NCBI GenBank assembly: GCA_963556115.3
Contig: CAUVYI020000026.1
Coordinates: 7,029 to 71,028 of the forward strand
Direction: 5' to 3'
Source of the DNA: Planctomycetota bacterium
GTDB taxonomy: Bacteria; Planctomycetota; SZUA-567
DNA: 64,000 nt
Position numbers and translations under genes: made by a program. Positions within the stretch are counted from its first letter, which is position 1, and each line of letters opens with the position of its first letter. Positions 10,031 to 20,057 of the stretch are shown in pieces. Below the pieces are notes generated by a model that was not told where the DNA came from, did no database searches, and saw nothing but the letters and a program-made list of their open reading frames with translations.

Positions 10031-11245
10031 ATGGTCAATTCCTTGAAGTTTGTGCAGATAAGTGATCTTCACCTCGGCGCCAGAGTGCTGCCGAGGTGTT
10101 TTTCTACAACTTCGGAATTTCGTCTTCAACGTGAAGAGGAGTTACTCAGCGAGCTGGAGGAACTTCCAGCAATTTTTGCAAGATATCAAGCGGAAGTACT
10201 TCTGGTGGCGGGTGATCTCTTTGATCGGGATGCGGTAAGTGCAGAGCTTGTCAACCGGGTATTCGCGCTATTTGCGTGTTTGCCTTATGTATTTATCTTG
10301 CCGGGCAACCATGATTATATCTCTGGAGCTAGCCCTTACTCTGAGTATGAACGAATGCACCGCGGTCTTGAACCCATTCCAGAGAATGTATATATCTTTT
10401 CAGGGAAGGAGTATCAATCGGTATATTTACCAGATCGGAGCGATGTCTCGGTGACGGCGAGGGCTTTTACCGGCAATAGTACAATAACCGAGCACCGCTT
10501 GGCACAGAAGATTCCCCGCGATCCTGCGCCTATAACCATTCTGCTTCATCACGGAGCGCGTACCCAGTTTACCTTTGAAGAGAAAATGAAAGTGACGGCT
10601 CCCTTTACGGCGGCAGAGTTACTGGCACAGAATTTTTCATATACCGCCCTTGGGCATTATCACAGTTATTCCGCAATTGAGAGCGGGGACGGGATGATAA
10701 AGGCGGCGTACTCCGGACGCCCCTTTGCGGCGGAGTTTAGAGCTAAAAACGGTTGCATCCTTATTGGTGAAGTTACGCCTTCAGGAGTTGAAAATTTGGA
10801 ACGTTATATGCTCGATAAACGTCGAATCTTCGATCTCAAGGTGTATTGTGAGAATGTACAGAGTAATGCTGAGTTATTGGCATTAGCTCGGGAGACTGCG
10901 GCACAGAATGATGTCGGAAAGCAGGATATTGTGCGTTTCAATTTTAGCGGTACCAAGAAGACTGAGTTCAGGGTTGAGCTTTTGTTGCCTCCGGGAGAGT
11001 ATTATGCGGCTGTCGGTTATTTTGCTGAACTGCAACTGGGCTATGATATTGAACAGTTGCTTGTACAGGCGCAGAGTAAGGCGGCTACGGCGGAGAGTTT
11101 GTTTGTTAAGGATATCTATGAGCAGATATGTCAGGAGGAGGATCCGGAGGAAAAACGCATATTGTACGACGCGCTGGATTATGGGGTTAAGGCTTTGCGT
11201 GGTATCGGTATAATCCCAAAGGAGATTGAGGTGCTGGAGGATTAG
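10031..11245 (+). CDS. Calcineurin-like metallophosphoesterase (SbcD/Mre11-like N-domain) with C-terminal extension
   Basis: Motifs ISDLHLG, GDLFD, PGNHD and LLHHG. Confidence 0.75.
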   Translation: MVNSLKFVQISDLHLGARVLPRCFSTTSEFRLQREEELLSELEELPAIFARYQAEVLLVAGDLFDRDAVSAELVNRVFALFACLPYVFILPGNHDYISGASPYSEYERMHRGLEPIPENVYIFSGKEYQSVYLPDRSDVSVTARAFTGNSTITEHRLAQKIPRDPAPITILLHHGARTQFTFEEKMKVTAPFTAAELLAQNFSYTALGHYHSYSAIESGDGMIKAAYSGRPFAAEFRAKNGCILIGEVTPSGVENLERYMLDKRRIFDLKVYCENVQSNAELLALARETAAQNDVGKQDIVRFNFSGTKKTEFRVELLLPPGEYYAAVGYFAELQLGYDIEQLLVQAQSKAATAESLFVKDIYEQICQEEDPEEKRILYDALDYGVKALRGIGIIPKEIEVLED

Positions 11246-11246
11246 G

Positions 11247-11744
11247 ATGCTGGTTGTATTATGCTATGTCGAGTGTGGGGATAAGGTACTGCTTATTAGG
11301 CGAAAACGTGAGCCGTATACGGGTTATCTGGCAATGCTAGGGGGCAAGGTTGAGGCCGGGGAGTCAATTGTAGAGGCAGCTTTTCGCGAGATTAAAGAGG
11401 AATCGGGGTTGGAAGCCGAGGCACTGGAAGTTGTCGGTGTATGTAGTGAGACGGTTATGGCTGTTGAGGGGCGGGAGGTCTTGCTTGAGTATGATATGGC
11501 TTTGGTACGCGGTGTGGTTGCTTCATTAAAAGTTATTGAATCCGGTGAGGGGGAGTTGTGTTGGATTGATAAGAGCGTCATTTGTTGCCTTGGGGAACTC
11601 GTACCCACCGATAGTGAGATGATACAGAGCTATATTATCGAGGAAGATGCGATGCCACGGCATTATACCGTCGCTAAGAGTGCGGCAGGGCGGTATAGCA
11701 TTGAGAATGTGGTAGCTCGGTCTGAATTAAGAGAGATTTATTGA
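11247..11744 (+). CDS. NUDIX hydrolase
   Basis: Nudix box GGKVEAGESIVEAAFREIKEESGL. The ATG at 11247 follows GGAGGA. Confidence 0.9.
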   Translation: MLVVLCYVECGDKVLLIRRKREPYTGYLAMLGGKVEAGESIVEAAFREIKEESGLEAEALEVVGVCSETVMAVEGREVLLEYDMALVRGVVASLKVIESGEGELCWIDKSVICCLGELVPTDSEMIQSYIIEEDAMPRHYTVAKSAAGRYSIENVVARSELREIY

Positions 11745-13112
11745 TTCGGTTCGGTTCTTTCCCTGCTTTTTTGCTTCGTAGAGGCATTCATCACAGAGCT
11801 GGATAATTTGTTCCGGGTCGATGTTCTCGGAAGAGATAGTTGAGAGTCCGATTGAGACGGTTACGGAGATCTCGCTGTTGATGGTATTTAGTCGGCGTTT
11901 TTCAATATTCTTTCTGATGCGTTCAGAGACGATCTTGGCCGTCTCATACTCGGTCTCGGGGAGAATAATGGCAAATTCTTCGCCGCCGTATCTTGAGAGT
12001 ATATCGGTCTCACGAATAGATAATTTGAGAACTGTGGTCAAAGATTTGAGGACGGTGTCACCATATGGGTGGCCGTAGGTGTCGTTTACGGATTTGAAAT
12101 TGTCGATATCGATGAGCAGAAGTGATAATGGGTGGTTATAGCGGGAGGCACGTATAGCTTCGCTCTTGATCGCTTCATTGAACTTGCGGCGGTTATTTAT
12201 GCCGGTAAGGTAGTCGGTGATAGAGAGCTTCTCCAACTCAGAGCTCTTCTTTTGGAGGTCTTTCTGGACGCTTATGAGATAATCGGTGGTTCGATCCTGT
12301 TCTTTGAGAATTCGGTTAAAGTTTTGAACCTGACGCCGGAGCTTCTTCTCCATTATTACTTGAGAGGTTTGGTCTATACATTGTACAAGCATTCCGGTTA
12401 CTTGACCGGTCTCACTCAGGGCGGGGGTGGCTATGACATTATAGTGCTTCTGATGTTCGGAGTCGACAATAACAACATTGTTTCGCTCTGGCCTTTTGCT
12501 CTCGGCGGCTAGCATTACCGGGTGGTTACTACTCTCATGCTCAGTGGTGTTGCAGTTGACTTCAAAGAAATTGTCTCCAAGTTTTACACCGGTATGGGCG
12601 GCGGCAAATGCGTCGTTGAATTCGGTGATATTATAGGTCGCATTGAGAATCGCAATTTCAACCGGGGTGTTGGCCATTAGAATGTTATAGTAGTCTATTG
12701 GAGGTTTGGAGGTGTAGCTGCGTTTTTTTAGTTCAATCAGGTTAATTATAATCTCGGCAAGACTGGTATTGCTGCAGGGCTTTTCAATGATCTGGAAGAC
12801 TCCAAGTTCATAAAAGATGCTAGAAGTCTTGGTCGCGAGCTTTGAGGAGTAGATAAGAAGTGGGGTAGTAAGATTATCCTCGGGGTGGATCAGACTGGAT
12901 ATCGCAGGGAAAATATCATCAGGCATCGGTTCGATAACATTGATAATGGCACAATCAATATTCAGACCGCTATCAAATAATGCCGCGCGGGCTTCACTCA
13001 TTTTAATAGCCAGAATAACCTCATAGCTTGCGTCCTCAAGCTTGCCAATGAGAGGAGCAAGGGTATTATGGTATTTATCAATTATTAGTATTTTTCCTCG
13101 GCTCTTTTCCAT
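11727..13112 (-). CDS. Diguanylate cyclase: degenerate receiver-like domain + PAS-like + coiled coil + GGDEF
   Basis: C-terminal RYGGEEFAIILPET. The N-terminal CheY-like fold lacks an obvious acceptor Asp (AIINVIEP). Confidence 0.88.
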   Translation of the reverse strand: MEKSRGKILIIDKYHNTLAPLIGKLEDASYEVILAIKMSEARAALFDSGLNIDCAIINVIEPMPDDIFPAISSLIHPEDNLTTPLLIYSSKLATKTSSIFYELGVFQIIEKPCSNTSLAEIIINLIELKKRSYTSKPPIDYYNILMANTPVEIAILNATYNITEFNDAFAAAHTGVKLGDNFFEVNCNTTEHESSNHPVMLAAESKRPERNNVVIVDSEHQKHYNVIATPALSETGQVTGMLVQCIDQTSQVIMEKKLRRQVQNFNRILKEQDRTTDYLISVQKDLQKKSSELEKLSITDYLTGINNRRKFNEAIKSEAIRASRYNHPLSLLLIDIDNFKSVNDTYGHPYGDTVLKSLTTVLKLSIRETDILSRYGGEEFAIILPETEYETAKIVSERIRKNIEKRRLNTINSEISVTVSIGLSTISSENIDPEQIIQLCDECLYEAKKQGKNRTESINLS

Positions 13113-13121
13113 GGTTTATAC

Positions 13122-14075
13122 TCATCCTTGAGATTGCTGGTCAATACAGGTACTGGTCGCAAGCAGTGATTTTGCCTGGTTAATATCGTTGTTAATTTGG
13201 CTGATCAACTCCTGAATATTGGCAAATTTCTTCTCATTTCGGAGTTTTTGTATAAAAAACACCTCGGCTGAATGGTCGTAAAGGTTGCCGCTAAAATTGA
13301 ATAAGTGACTTTCAATATGTCGCTGCTCGGGGGTGGCGCCACTGACCGTAGGGCAGATACCAATGTTGGTTATACTCTCAAAATATGAATCCCCACAACG
13401 GGTAAAGCTGGCATAGACGCCGTTGGGTGGGAATAATTCGTGGTCTGGGTTCAAATTGATGGTAGGAAATCCGAGCGTTCTGCCTAGTTGCTTTCCTTTT
13501 ACTACTCGACCGAGTACCGAGGGTGCTCTTCCGAGTAACTTCCTAGCTCCTTCAAGGTTCCCTGTGCTGGTGAATTCCCTAATCTGTGATGAAGATACTG
13601 GTGTACCATCTATGATGACACGAGGGATGCAGACAGCCTTTATCTGCGGATAATTCGTTTGCAGAAAACTAATCGACCCTTCTCCATGATAACCGTAATT
13701 CCCATTCTCACCTAAAATAACCATTTGCGTATTAAGACGTTCAAGCAGATAGCGTTCGGTAAAATCTTGGGCTGTAACCTTTGAAAATTCTTTGGTAAAA
13801 CTAATTATCCAGACCGCGTCAAGACCCAGGTTGGAAAGAAGCTGGAGGCGATGTTCAAGGCTGCAGATCATAGCCGGAGCATTACCCAGAATCTTTCGAG
13901 GATGGATATCAAAGGTTATGGCCATGCTCAGGGCATCTTGCTCCTTTGCTGATAAGACCACCTCCTCAATTACTCTGATATGACCGAGGTGCACCCCATC
14001 AAACATTCCGATTGTAACAATTGCTGGGCGTTGAGGCGACTTACAGGTGTTGGCGTTACCAAAAATTCTGAGCAT
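13122..14075 (-). CDS. ribF: Bifunctional riboflavin kinase / FMN adenylyltransferase
   Basis: GMFDGVHLGH nucleotidyltransferase motif plus a C-terminal riboflavin-kinase domain (GFPTINL). Confidence 0.9.
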   Translation of the reverse strand: MLRIFGNANTCKSPQRPAIVTIGMFDGVHLGHIRVIEEVVLSAKEQDALSMAITFDIHPRKILGNAPAMICSLEHRLQLLSNLGLDAVWIISFTKEFSKVTAQDFTERYLLERLNTQMVILGENGNYGYHGEGSISFLQTNYPQIKAVCIPRVIIDGTPVSSSQIREFTSTGNLEGARKLLGRAPSVLGRVVKGKQLGRTLGFPTINLNPDHELFPPNGVYASFTRCGDSYFESITNIGICPTVSGATPEQRHIESHLFNFSGNLYDHSAEVFFIQKLRNEKKFANIQELISQINNDINQAKSLLATSTCIDQQSQG

Positions 14076-14094
14076 TATTCAGGAACAGGCCAGG

Positions 14095-14664
14095 TTAGAG
14101 ATGAGAAGAGAGGCGTGTCCAGGTTAGTCTGCCGACCACCCCGTCAACCTTCAATCTCTCAGCTCGTTGAAACCGCTTGATGGCGCCAATGGTGCGGCTA
14201 CCAATCTTGCCGTCGATGGCACCAGGGTTATAACCGGCATTAGTAAGCGCCAACTGAACGTCTGAGACACTTACCCCTGATATTACAATATATTTTTTAC
14301 CCTTATACTTGCTGGTTGTAGACGCTCCGGGCAAACCCTGTGAGAGATTGGCCAGGGTAGACTTGAGGTTCTGCTCTGCAGGTGCGGAGGCTGGCTCAAT
14401 ATCGGTAATCTCTACAATAGGTTGAGTTGGATCTGAAGTCTCTATACTATACGAAGGGCTGCTCGGTTGGAGGGTTACAGAATTGTTTGCTGGCGCAAGC
14501 GAGAGGGTTTCGACCTGTTCATTGAGGACGGATACTGTCTCTTTCAAGTCGTTCACTTGTAGTGAGAGTTGATTTATTTCTTCTTGGGTAGTAGGATTAA
14601 TTTGCTGACAGCCGGTAAGAAGCGCAAGCCCGGCAAAGCTCAAAATAATAGTAAATACTCTCAT
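14095..14664 (-). CDS. Lipoprotein with coiled coil and C-terminal peptidoglycan-binding domain
   Basis: Lipobox LLTGC after the internal Met. The C-terminal GAIDGKIGSRTIGAIKRFQ...VDGVVG is PG_binding_1-like. Confidence 0.65.
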   Translation of the reverse strand: MRVFTIILSFAGLALLTGCQQINPTTQEEINQLSLQVNDLKETVSVLNEQVETLSLAPANNSVTLQPSSPSYSIETSDPTQPIVEITDIEPASAPAEQNLKSTLANLSQGLPGASTTSKYKGKKYIVISGVSVSDVQLALTNAGYNPGAIDGKIGSRTIGAIKRFQRAERLKVDGVVGRLTWTRLSSHL

Positions 14665-14975
14665 GTTATTATTATCCTCATATATAATTTTCATAATGCT
14701 TGTACATTATGAGGGTGGGTGATAAGATAACGATAATACAGGCAAAACAAACATAATACTCTATTATTAATAATTATAACAATTGCCTTGGCAATTACAA
14801 TAATATTATTATCTTCTTCTTAGATAAAATTATGAGATTAATTAGGCGGATTGTGTTGTATGTATGGCACGATTTCTCCACAGGGCTAGGCTTATTAATA
14901 AAAGTAATGACTTGATTATTAAGAGGATAAGGATAAAATGACTGGAAGTATTCTTCTGATAATGAAAGGAACGCA

Positions 14976-15353
14976 ATGAGCGCTGATAAGAAAGATCTCA
15001 ATGAGCAGTTGGAGGTAGATGCTAATTTACTCTATAAAGAGGAGACTGTTACTGATATGAAAGCGGCTACCTTCAAGATAATGACCCCTATTAAGAGTGA
15101 CGGTTCTGAAGACGAATCGCGGGAGAAGTTTATCTCGGCGCATTCCAGTGTTATGAGCCCTATGGGGGTTATTCCACTCCAGACCAGGCTTGACGCAAAG
15201 ACCCTTGAGGCTGCAGCTAAAGAGTTCCCGCAGGCGATTCAGAAAGCTATGGATAAGTTGGTAGAAGAAGCGCGTGAGATGCAGCGGCAGGAGGCTTCAA
15301 AGATTGTTGTTCCCGGTAGTGCTCCGCAAACAAATAAGATCCAGTTTGGGTAG
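14976..15353 (+). CDS. Hypothetical soluble protein
   Basis: The ATG is preceded by AAAGGA. Composition looks coding and no motif was recognised. It lies 6 nt upstream of the next ORF. Confidence 0.5.
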   Translation: MSADKKDLNEQLEVDANLLYKEETVTDMKAATFKIMTPIKSDGSEDESREKFISAHSSVMSPMGVIPLQTRLDAKTLEAAAKEFPQAIQKAMDKLVEEAREMQRQEASKIVVPGSAPQTNKIQFG

Positions 15354-15359
15354 TCTGTA

Positions 15360-16307
15360 GTGCGTTCAGAAGTCTTTTATGCCTGCATTACCTTTGTTAT
15401 AGCTTTGACCTTTTCTCTGGCGCTAACCGCCGGGGAGAAGGTTTTTTGTTCGCTTTGCGGGAAAGAGATCAGTGAAGACTATATCAAGTTCAAGGATGGT
15501 GATATCTTTTGCTCAGAATGTATGCGCCTAGAAAAGTGCATTCAGTGTGGTAAGCCTACTGCTAATCTGATCAAGGGTAAGCCCCTCTGTGTACAATGTG
15601 CGGCAAATCCCCGTGTCTGTGCGGTATGCGGGAAGCTCCTCGGGAGAAAGTTTATTGTCTTTCCACTCTCACAGCAGAAGTACTGTGCAGCGTGTGTTCA
15701 GAAGTATCCAAAGTGTAGATTTTGTTCGGCGCCGACGCAGGATCATGCTGATTACGGTAGCAGGTGGGCTATGTGCGCTGAGTGTAAGGCGCGAGCAATT
15801 CACGGAATAGATGAATATAAGAATATTCTGTCAGAGGTAGAGGCGCTGTTATTCAGTAATATTCATCTGCAATTACAGAATCCGGCCGGTCTTGAAATAT
15901 GCGAGGATATTATTCGAGAAGGCAGAGGAATGAATGGTAATGAGATGGGGTTGATGCAGCAGCACGGGAGTGTGGCTGTTCTGCTGGTACAGGATGGTTT
16001 GCCGGTTGAGGTGGCGTATGAGACTATTGCTCATGAATGGGCGCATGCCTGGGTTGCTCAGAATGCCAAATTCAAACTGAGCACCGAGACTGAAGAGGGA
16101 TTCTGCCAGTGGGTAGCGTCAAAGATTCTTCTGGCAAAGGGATTCGAGGCAAGTCTGGATATTCTGCGTAATCGCGATGATCTGTATGGTACTGGTTATA
16201 GAAGGATGGAGCATATGGAGAGTTCAAAAGGAAGTAACGGGTTGGTCGAGTATATTCAAAGTGCCAGGCCAGGGCTCTTTAAAAGGATGTTTGGGAAAAG
16301 AAAGTAA
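15360..16307 (+). CDS. N-terminal hydrophobic anchor + LIM-like Cys-rich zinc fingers + DA1-like zinc metallopeptidase
   Basis: Repeated CxxC pairs. HEWAHAW, EEGFCQWVASK and YGTGYRRM line up with the plant DA1 motifs HEMMHAW, EEGICQVMAHK and YGDGFR. Confidence 0.7.
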   Translation: MRSEVFYACITFVIALTFSLALTAGEKVFCSLCGKEISEDYIKFKDGDIFCSECMRLEKCIQCGKPTANLIKGKPLCVQCAANPRVCAVCGKLLGRKFIVFPLSQQKYCAACVQKYPKCRFCSAPTQDHADYGSRWAMCAECKARAIHGIDEYKNILSEVEALLFSNIHLQLQNPAGLEICEDIIREGRGMNGNEMGLMQQHGSVAVLLVQDGLPVEVAYETIAHEWAHAWVAQNAKFKLSTETEEGFCQWVASKILLAKGFEASLDILRNRDDLYGTGYRRMEHMESSKGSNGLVEYIQSARPGLFKRMFGKRK

Positions 16308-16334
16308 GACCAGTAGCATTACTGGTCTTACTTT
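16301..16334. terminator. Bidirectional hairpin terminator between convergent genes (perfect 15-bp stem, 4-nt loop)
   Basis: AAAGTAAGACCAGTA gcat TACTGGTCTTACTTT read directly. It is flanked by A/T runs on both sides. Confidence 0.7.
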
Positions 16335-16359
16335 AAAAGCTATGCTTGTGTAAGCAGCT

Positions 16360-16521
16360 TTAGCGAAGGGCTGAAGTGCGGCGGTGTGGGTGGCTCTTTG
16401 GAGTACTGCTTTTGCTACTGCCGCCATGCTTGGCTGCCTTGTGAGCGCTCATCTTCTTACGAATCTTGCGGCGAGCTTTTGCCAATTCTGCGCGTTCTGC
16501 TTTTTTAGTGTTTCTTGCCAT
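16360..16521 (-). CDS. Small, highly basic (Lys/Arg/His-rich) protein, 53 aa
   Basis: The ATG follows AAGGAA. No family was recognised. Confidence 0.45.
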   Translation of the reverse strand: MARNTKKAERAELAKARRKIRKKMSAHKAAKHGGSSKSSTPKSHPHRRTSALR

Positions 16522-16633
16522 GGTAAATTCCTTTATCCTTATGATCAATTATAATATAATTTTAATAATTCATAAATTGAAGTATTATAAAATACATAGT
16601 TTGACCCATAAGTCAAGAGGAATTCCGGCTTTT

Positions 16634-17017
16634 TTATAATTCGGATACCTCTTTGTTGATAAATTCAATCTCGGTAAGGATCTGATTACGGTAGGCCACT
16701 CCTTCAAAACGTTTGGCTACCTTGCCATTATGGAAGATTAAAATAGTTGGGAAGGCCTCCAGATTGTATCTGACTATGGTTGCGTCATTTGGGATAATGC
16801 GAACAAGAGGGAAGTCGATGGATTGTTTGGCCGCTTCTAACTCGGTATTCTGTAGCAGGCAAGCGCGACAACTCTTGTCCCAGAAGTATACTACCACAGT
16901 ACCTTTCTGGTATTTGGCCATAAAATCTTTCTCCTGCTGGGGGCTGACCTGTTGCTGATTACAGCCGCTGAAGAGGAGGGCAATGCCGAATATTACGAGT
17001 ATTACTAGCTTTTTCAT
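16634..17017 (-). CDS. Thioredoxin-fold lipoprotein (TlpA-like)
   Basis: Lipobox LFSGC and a CxxC active site (WDKSCRAC). Confidence 0.7.
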   Translation of the reverse strand: MKKLVILVIFGIALLFSGCNQQQVSPQQEKDFMAKYQKGTVVVYFWDKSCRACLLQNTELEAAKQSIDFPLVRIIPNDATIVRYNLEAFPTILIFHNGKVAKRFEGVAYRNQILTEIEFINKEVSEL

Positions 17018-17173
17018 CTTTATCTCCGTGTTATTATGCAGTTTTTGCTTGAATAATAATGTTGTGCTATAGTAAATTATTATTATCATAACGCGAAATT
17101 CTTATTTTGGCAAGTAAAATATTTGGCTTATACCATCTATTGTAGAAATGGTATTGGTTGAAGGATTTGGTGA

Positions 17174-17449
17174 TTATGATTTGCTCTTAGCCTTCAATTC
17201 CTTGAGAATTGCATTGATCTCGCTGAATTCGTTCTGGGTGAGATTTGAGATATCAAAACCGTTCTCTTTAATTATTGCCAGATAGGTCTTTGCGACCCGG
17301 ACAAGCGTATTATAGTCTTTGCGGTTGCCACCGCTGATACTTACCTCACCGTCATTGCTGACAAATACCTCAGCACCATCGGGAGAGAAGCCTTTTAAAC
17401 GAGCCTTTCTGCGGCTGGTTGTCTCATTGAGTCTTCTCTTGGTGCTCAT
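17174..17449 (-). CDS. Hypothetical protein, 91 aa
   Basis: ORF with reasonable composition. No motif recognised. Confidence 0.45.
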   Translation of the reverse strand: MSTKRRLNETTSRRKARLKGFSPDGAEVFVSNDGEVSISGGNRKDYNTLVRVAKTYLAIIKENGFDISNLTQNEFSEINAILKELKAKSKS

Positions 17450-17650
17450 TGAAATCTCCTTGTGTAATCAGTAACATACTAATTACTTTTTGTTTATAAT
17501 ATAAAACTGAATGTCCATCTTCAAGAAAAGTTTTTCTTTTTTGGTTAAAGTTGCTGGAGATATTTCTGCCAAATGTTGATTTTCGCGAGAAAAGGTAGAT
17601 AATTATGTCATATGATTTTAAAATAATTATTCAGAAAAAAAGGTGATATA

Positions 17651-18187
17651 ATGGCTAATTGGGCAAAAGGTTATATTCAGGTATATACGGGAAATGGTAA
17701 AGGCAAGACTACTGCGGCTCTGGGATTGACGCTCAGAGCTGTTGGCGCAGGTATGAAGGTCTTCTTTGGTCAGTTCATCAAAGGACGTGATTGTGCCGAA
17801 ATTGCAGGATTAAAGCTGCTGGGGGAGGCGGTACGCTTGGAGCGTTTTGGTAGTGGTAAGTGGGTAGACAAGGCGGATGCACAGGCTTTTGCACAGGAGC
17901 TTGCTTTGGGGCGTAAGGGTATTGAGCGCGTACGCGAGGCGGTACTCTCGGATGCTTATGACCTGGTGGTTATTGATGAAGCTCTAGGCGCACTCCACGC
18001 CGGGGTAATTGAGTTGTCTGCTATACTTGATATCCTCACCCTTAAACCTTCGCGGCTTGAGGTAGTGTTAACAGGTAGAAATATCCCTGCGCAGTTGGAG
18101 GATATGGCTGATCTGGTGAGTGATATTGCTCCGCGCAAGCACTATTATCAGCAGGGCGTTCCGGCGCGCAAGGGTATAGAATTCTGA
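17651..18187 (+). CDS. cobO: Cob(I)yrinic acid a,c-diamide / cob(I)alamin adenosyltransferase
   Basis: P-loop YTGNGKGKTTAALG and typical CobO/BtuR length. Confidence 0.88.
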   Translation: MANWAKGYIQVYTGNGKGKTTAALGLTLRAVGAGMKVFFGQFIKGRDCAEIAGLKLLGEAVRLERFGSGKWVDKADAQAFAQELALGRKGIERVREAVLSDAYDLVVIDEALGALHAGVIELSAILDILTLKPSRLEVVLTGRNIPAQLEDMADLVSDIAPRKHYYQQGVPARKGIEF

Positions 18188-20009
18188 TTATTGGTTACTG
18201 CGTTGTGCTTCATTGTATTGTTTAACTTTGATGGCGAGTAATGAGAGATCTGCCGGGGAAACTCCGGAGATCTTGGACGCCTGACCGATAGTCTCCGGTG
18301 CTATATCGTTGAGTTTCTCTCTGGCTTCAAGGCGTAGACCGCTGATACTGGAGTAGTCAAAACCATCCGGAATGCGCAGGTTGTGATTGCGTTTGAGCTT
18401 CTTAATCTGGTTCATATGCCGCTCTATATAGCCGGCATAGCGTGTCTCTATTATAGCTTGTTCACTCGCTCTGGCTGAGACAGAACCAAACAATTCCGGG
18501 GCATGAGCCGTAACCGTTTCCCATTCTGAATCAGGATTCTTTAAATACTGGGCAATGGTTTTGCCTTCGTGGCGTGTGCTTTGGAGCAGGCTTAGGGTTG
18601 CGCTGATCTCTGCCTGCAGGGTCTGGATCTGGTTGGCACGTTCTTCACTGATCAGTCCCAGCTCTCTAGCTCTGGCACCAAGGCGCAGATCGGCATTGTC
18701 TTGGCGTAATAGAAGTCTGTATTCGGCTCTGCTGGTGAAGAGCCGGTAGGGTTCATCAGTGCCACGGGTTACAATATCGTCTATGAGTACGCCGATATAA
18801 GCTTCGTCGCGCCCCAAGATAAAGGGGGGGCGTTTCATAATTTGTAAAGCGGCATTTATCCCGGCGTAGATCCCCTGTGCCCCAGCTTCTTCATAACCGG
18901 AGGGTGCCGTTGATCTGCCCGGCAAGGAATAGACCCTTTACTAGCTTGGTCTCCAGAGTATTGCGTAGCGCCTTGGGAGAGATGGCATCGTACTCTACAG
19001 CATAACCAAAACGCATAATTTCCGCTTCTTCCAGACCCGGGATAGATCTGACCATCTTCACCTGTGACTCGGTATTAATACTGGTGGCTAGGCCATTGAG
19101 GTAGACTTCTTCGGTGTTGCGCCCTTCGGGTTCAACAAATACATGGTGCTGCTTTTTCTCAGGGAAACGGGCAATCTTGAGCTCAAACGATGGGCAGTAG
19201 CGCGGCCCCGTACCCTCTATCTGTCCGGAAAATAGCGGTGCATCGGCGAGTATATCCTCGATTATCTTCTGGGTCTGTGGTGTAGTCCAGGTAGCCCAGC
19301 AGGGTATCTGTTCTAGTTCTAAGGATTTGGTCAGGTAAGAGAATGGCTGTGGCGGCTCGTCGCCGGGTTGGAGCTCCATCTTGGAGAAATCGATACTCCC
19401 GGCGCGTACCCGGGGGCAGGTGCCGGTCTTCAGTCGGAGCAGGGGGAGTCGCAGGTTCTCCAGACTCTGGGAAATTTCAACCGCTGCAGGTTCGCCGAAG
19501 CGCCCGCCGGGAGCAATATGCTCGCCGATGTGGGTCTTGCCCCGTGGGAAGGTGCCGGTACAGACGATCACAGCATTGCAGCTGATTTCAAGTCCGATGG
19601 CGGTTCGTACACCGCAAACCTGTTCCCCGGCGGTGAGGATGTCGGTGACCCGGTCTTGGAGGATACTGACATTCGGGGCGGACTCCAGGTAGTGTTTCAT
19701 CCAGTGCTGGTATGCCCATTTATCTGCCTGAGCGCGTGGTGAGCGCACCGCTGGACCTTTGGAGGATTTTAGCATGCGAAATTGTATGCCGGTGGCATCA
19801 ATGCATAACCCCATGGCACCGCCCAGCGCATCAATCTCCTTTACTAACTGTCCTTTAGCGAGTCCACCGATGGCTGGGTTGCAGGACATTTGGGCGATAG
19901 TATCCAGCGACATTGTCACCACCAAGGCGTCAATGCCCATTCTGCCTGCCGCCAGTGCAGCTTCACATCCGGCGTGCCCAGCTCCAATTACTACTACATC
20001 TGTCTTCAT
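18188..20009 (-). pseudogene. mnmG: tRNA uridine 5-carboxymethylaminomethyl modification enzyme MnmG (GidA), split by a 1-nt insertion at 18902-18904
   Basis: ORFs 18891-20036 (VIGAGHAGCEAA ... FLAGQINGT) and 18188-18925 (SGYEEAGAQG ...) are contiguous MnmG halves. An extra C lies in GGC ACC C TCC GGT. Confidence 0.9.
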
Positions 20010-20057
20010 CTTTATTAGGAAAAACCTTGTCTGCAATGAGTATTTATTAAAGACTGC

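Noticed and set aside
10031-11245. Calling this gene sbcD of an SbcCD nuclease.
   Set aside because: Only the generic calcineurin-like phosphoesterase motifs are visible, and no SbcC-like ATPase gene is adjacent, so the generic family call is kept.
14865-14880. Sigma-54 promoter (TGGCAC-N5-TTGC) that might be served by the NtrC-family regulator.
   Set aside because: The TGGCAC here, and every other TGGCAC I found by eye in the window (mostly inside CDSs), lacks the GC dinucleotide at the -12 position.
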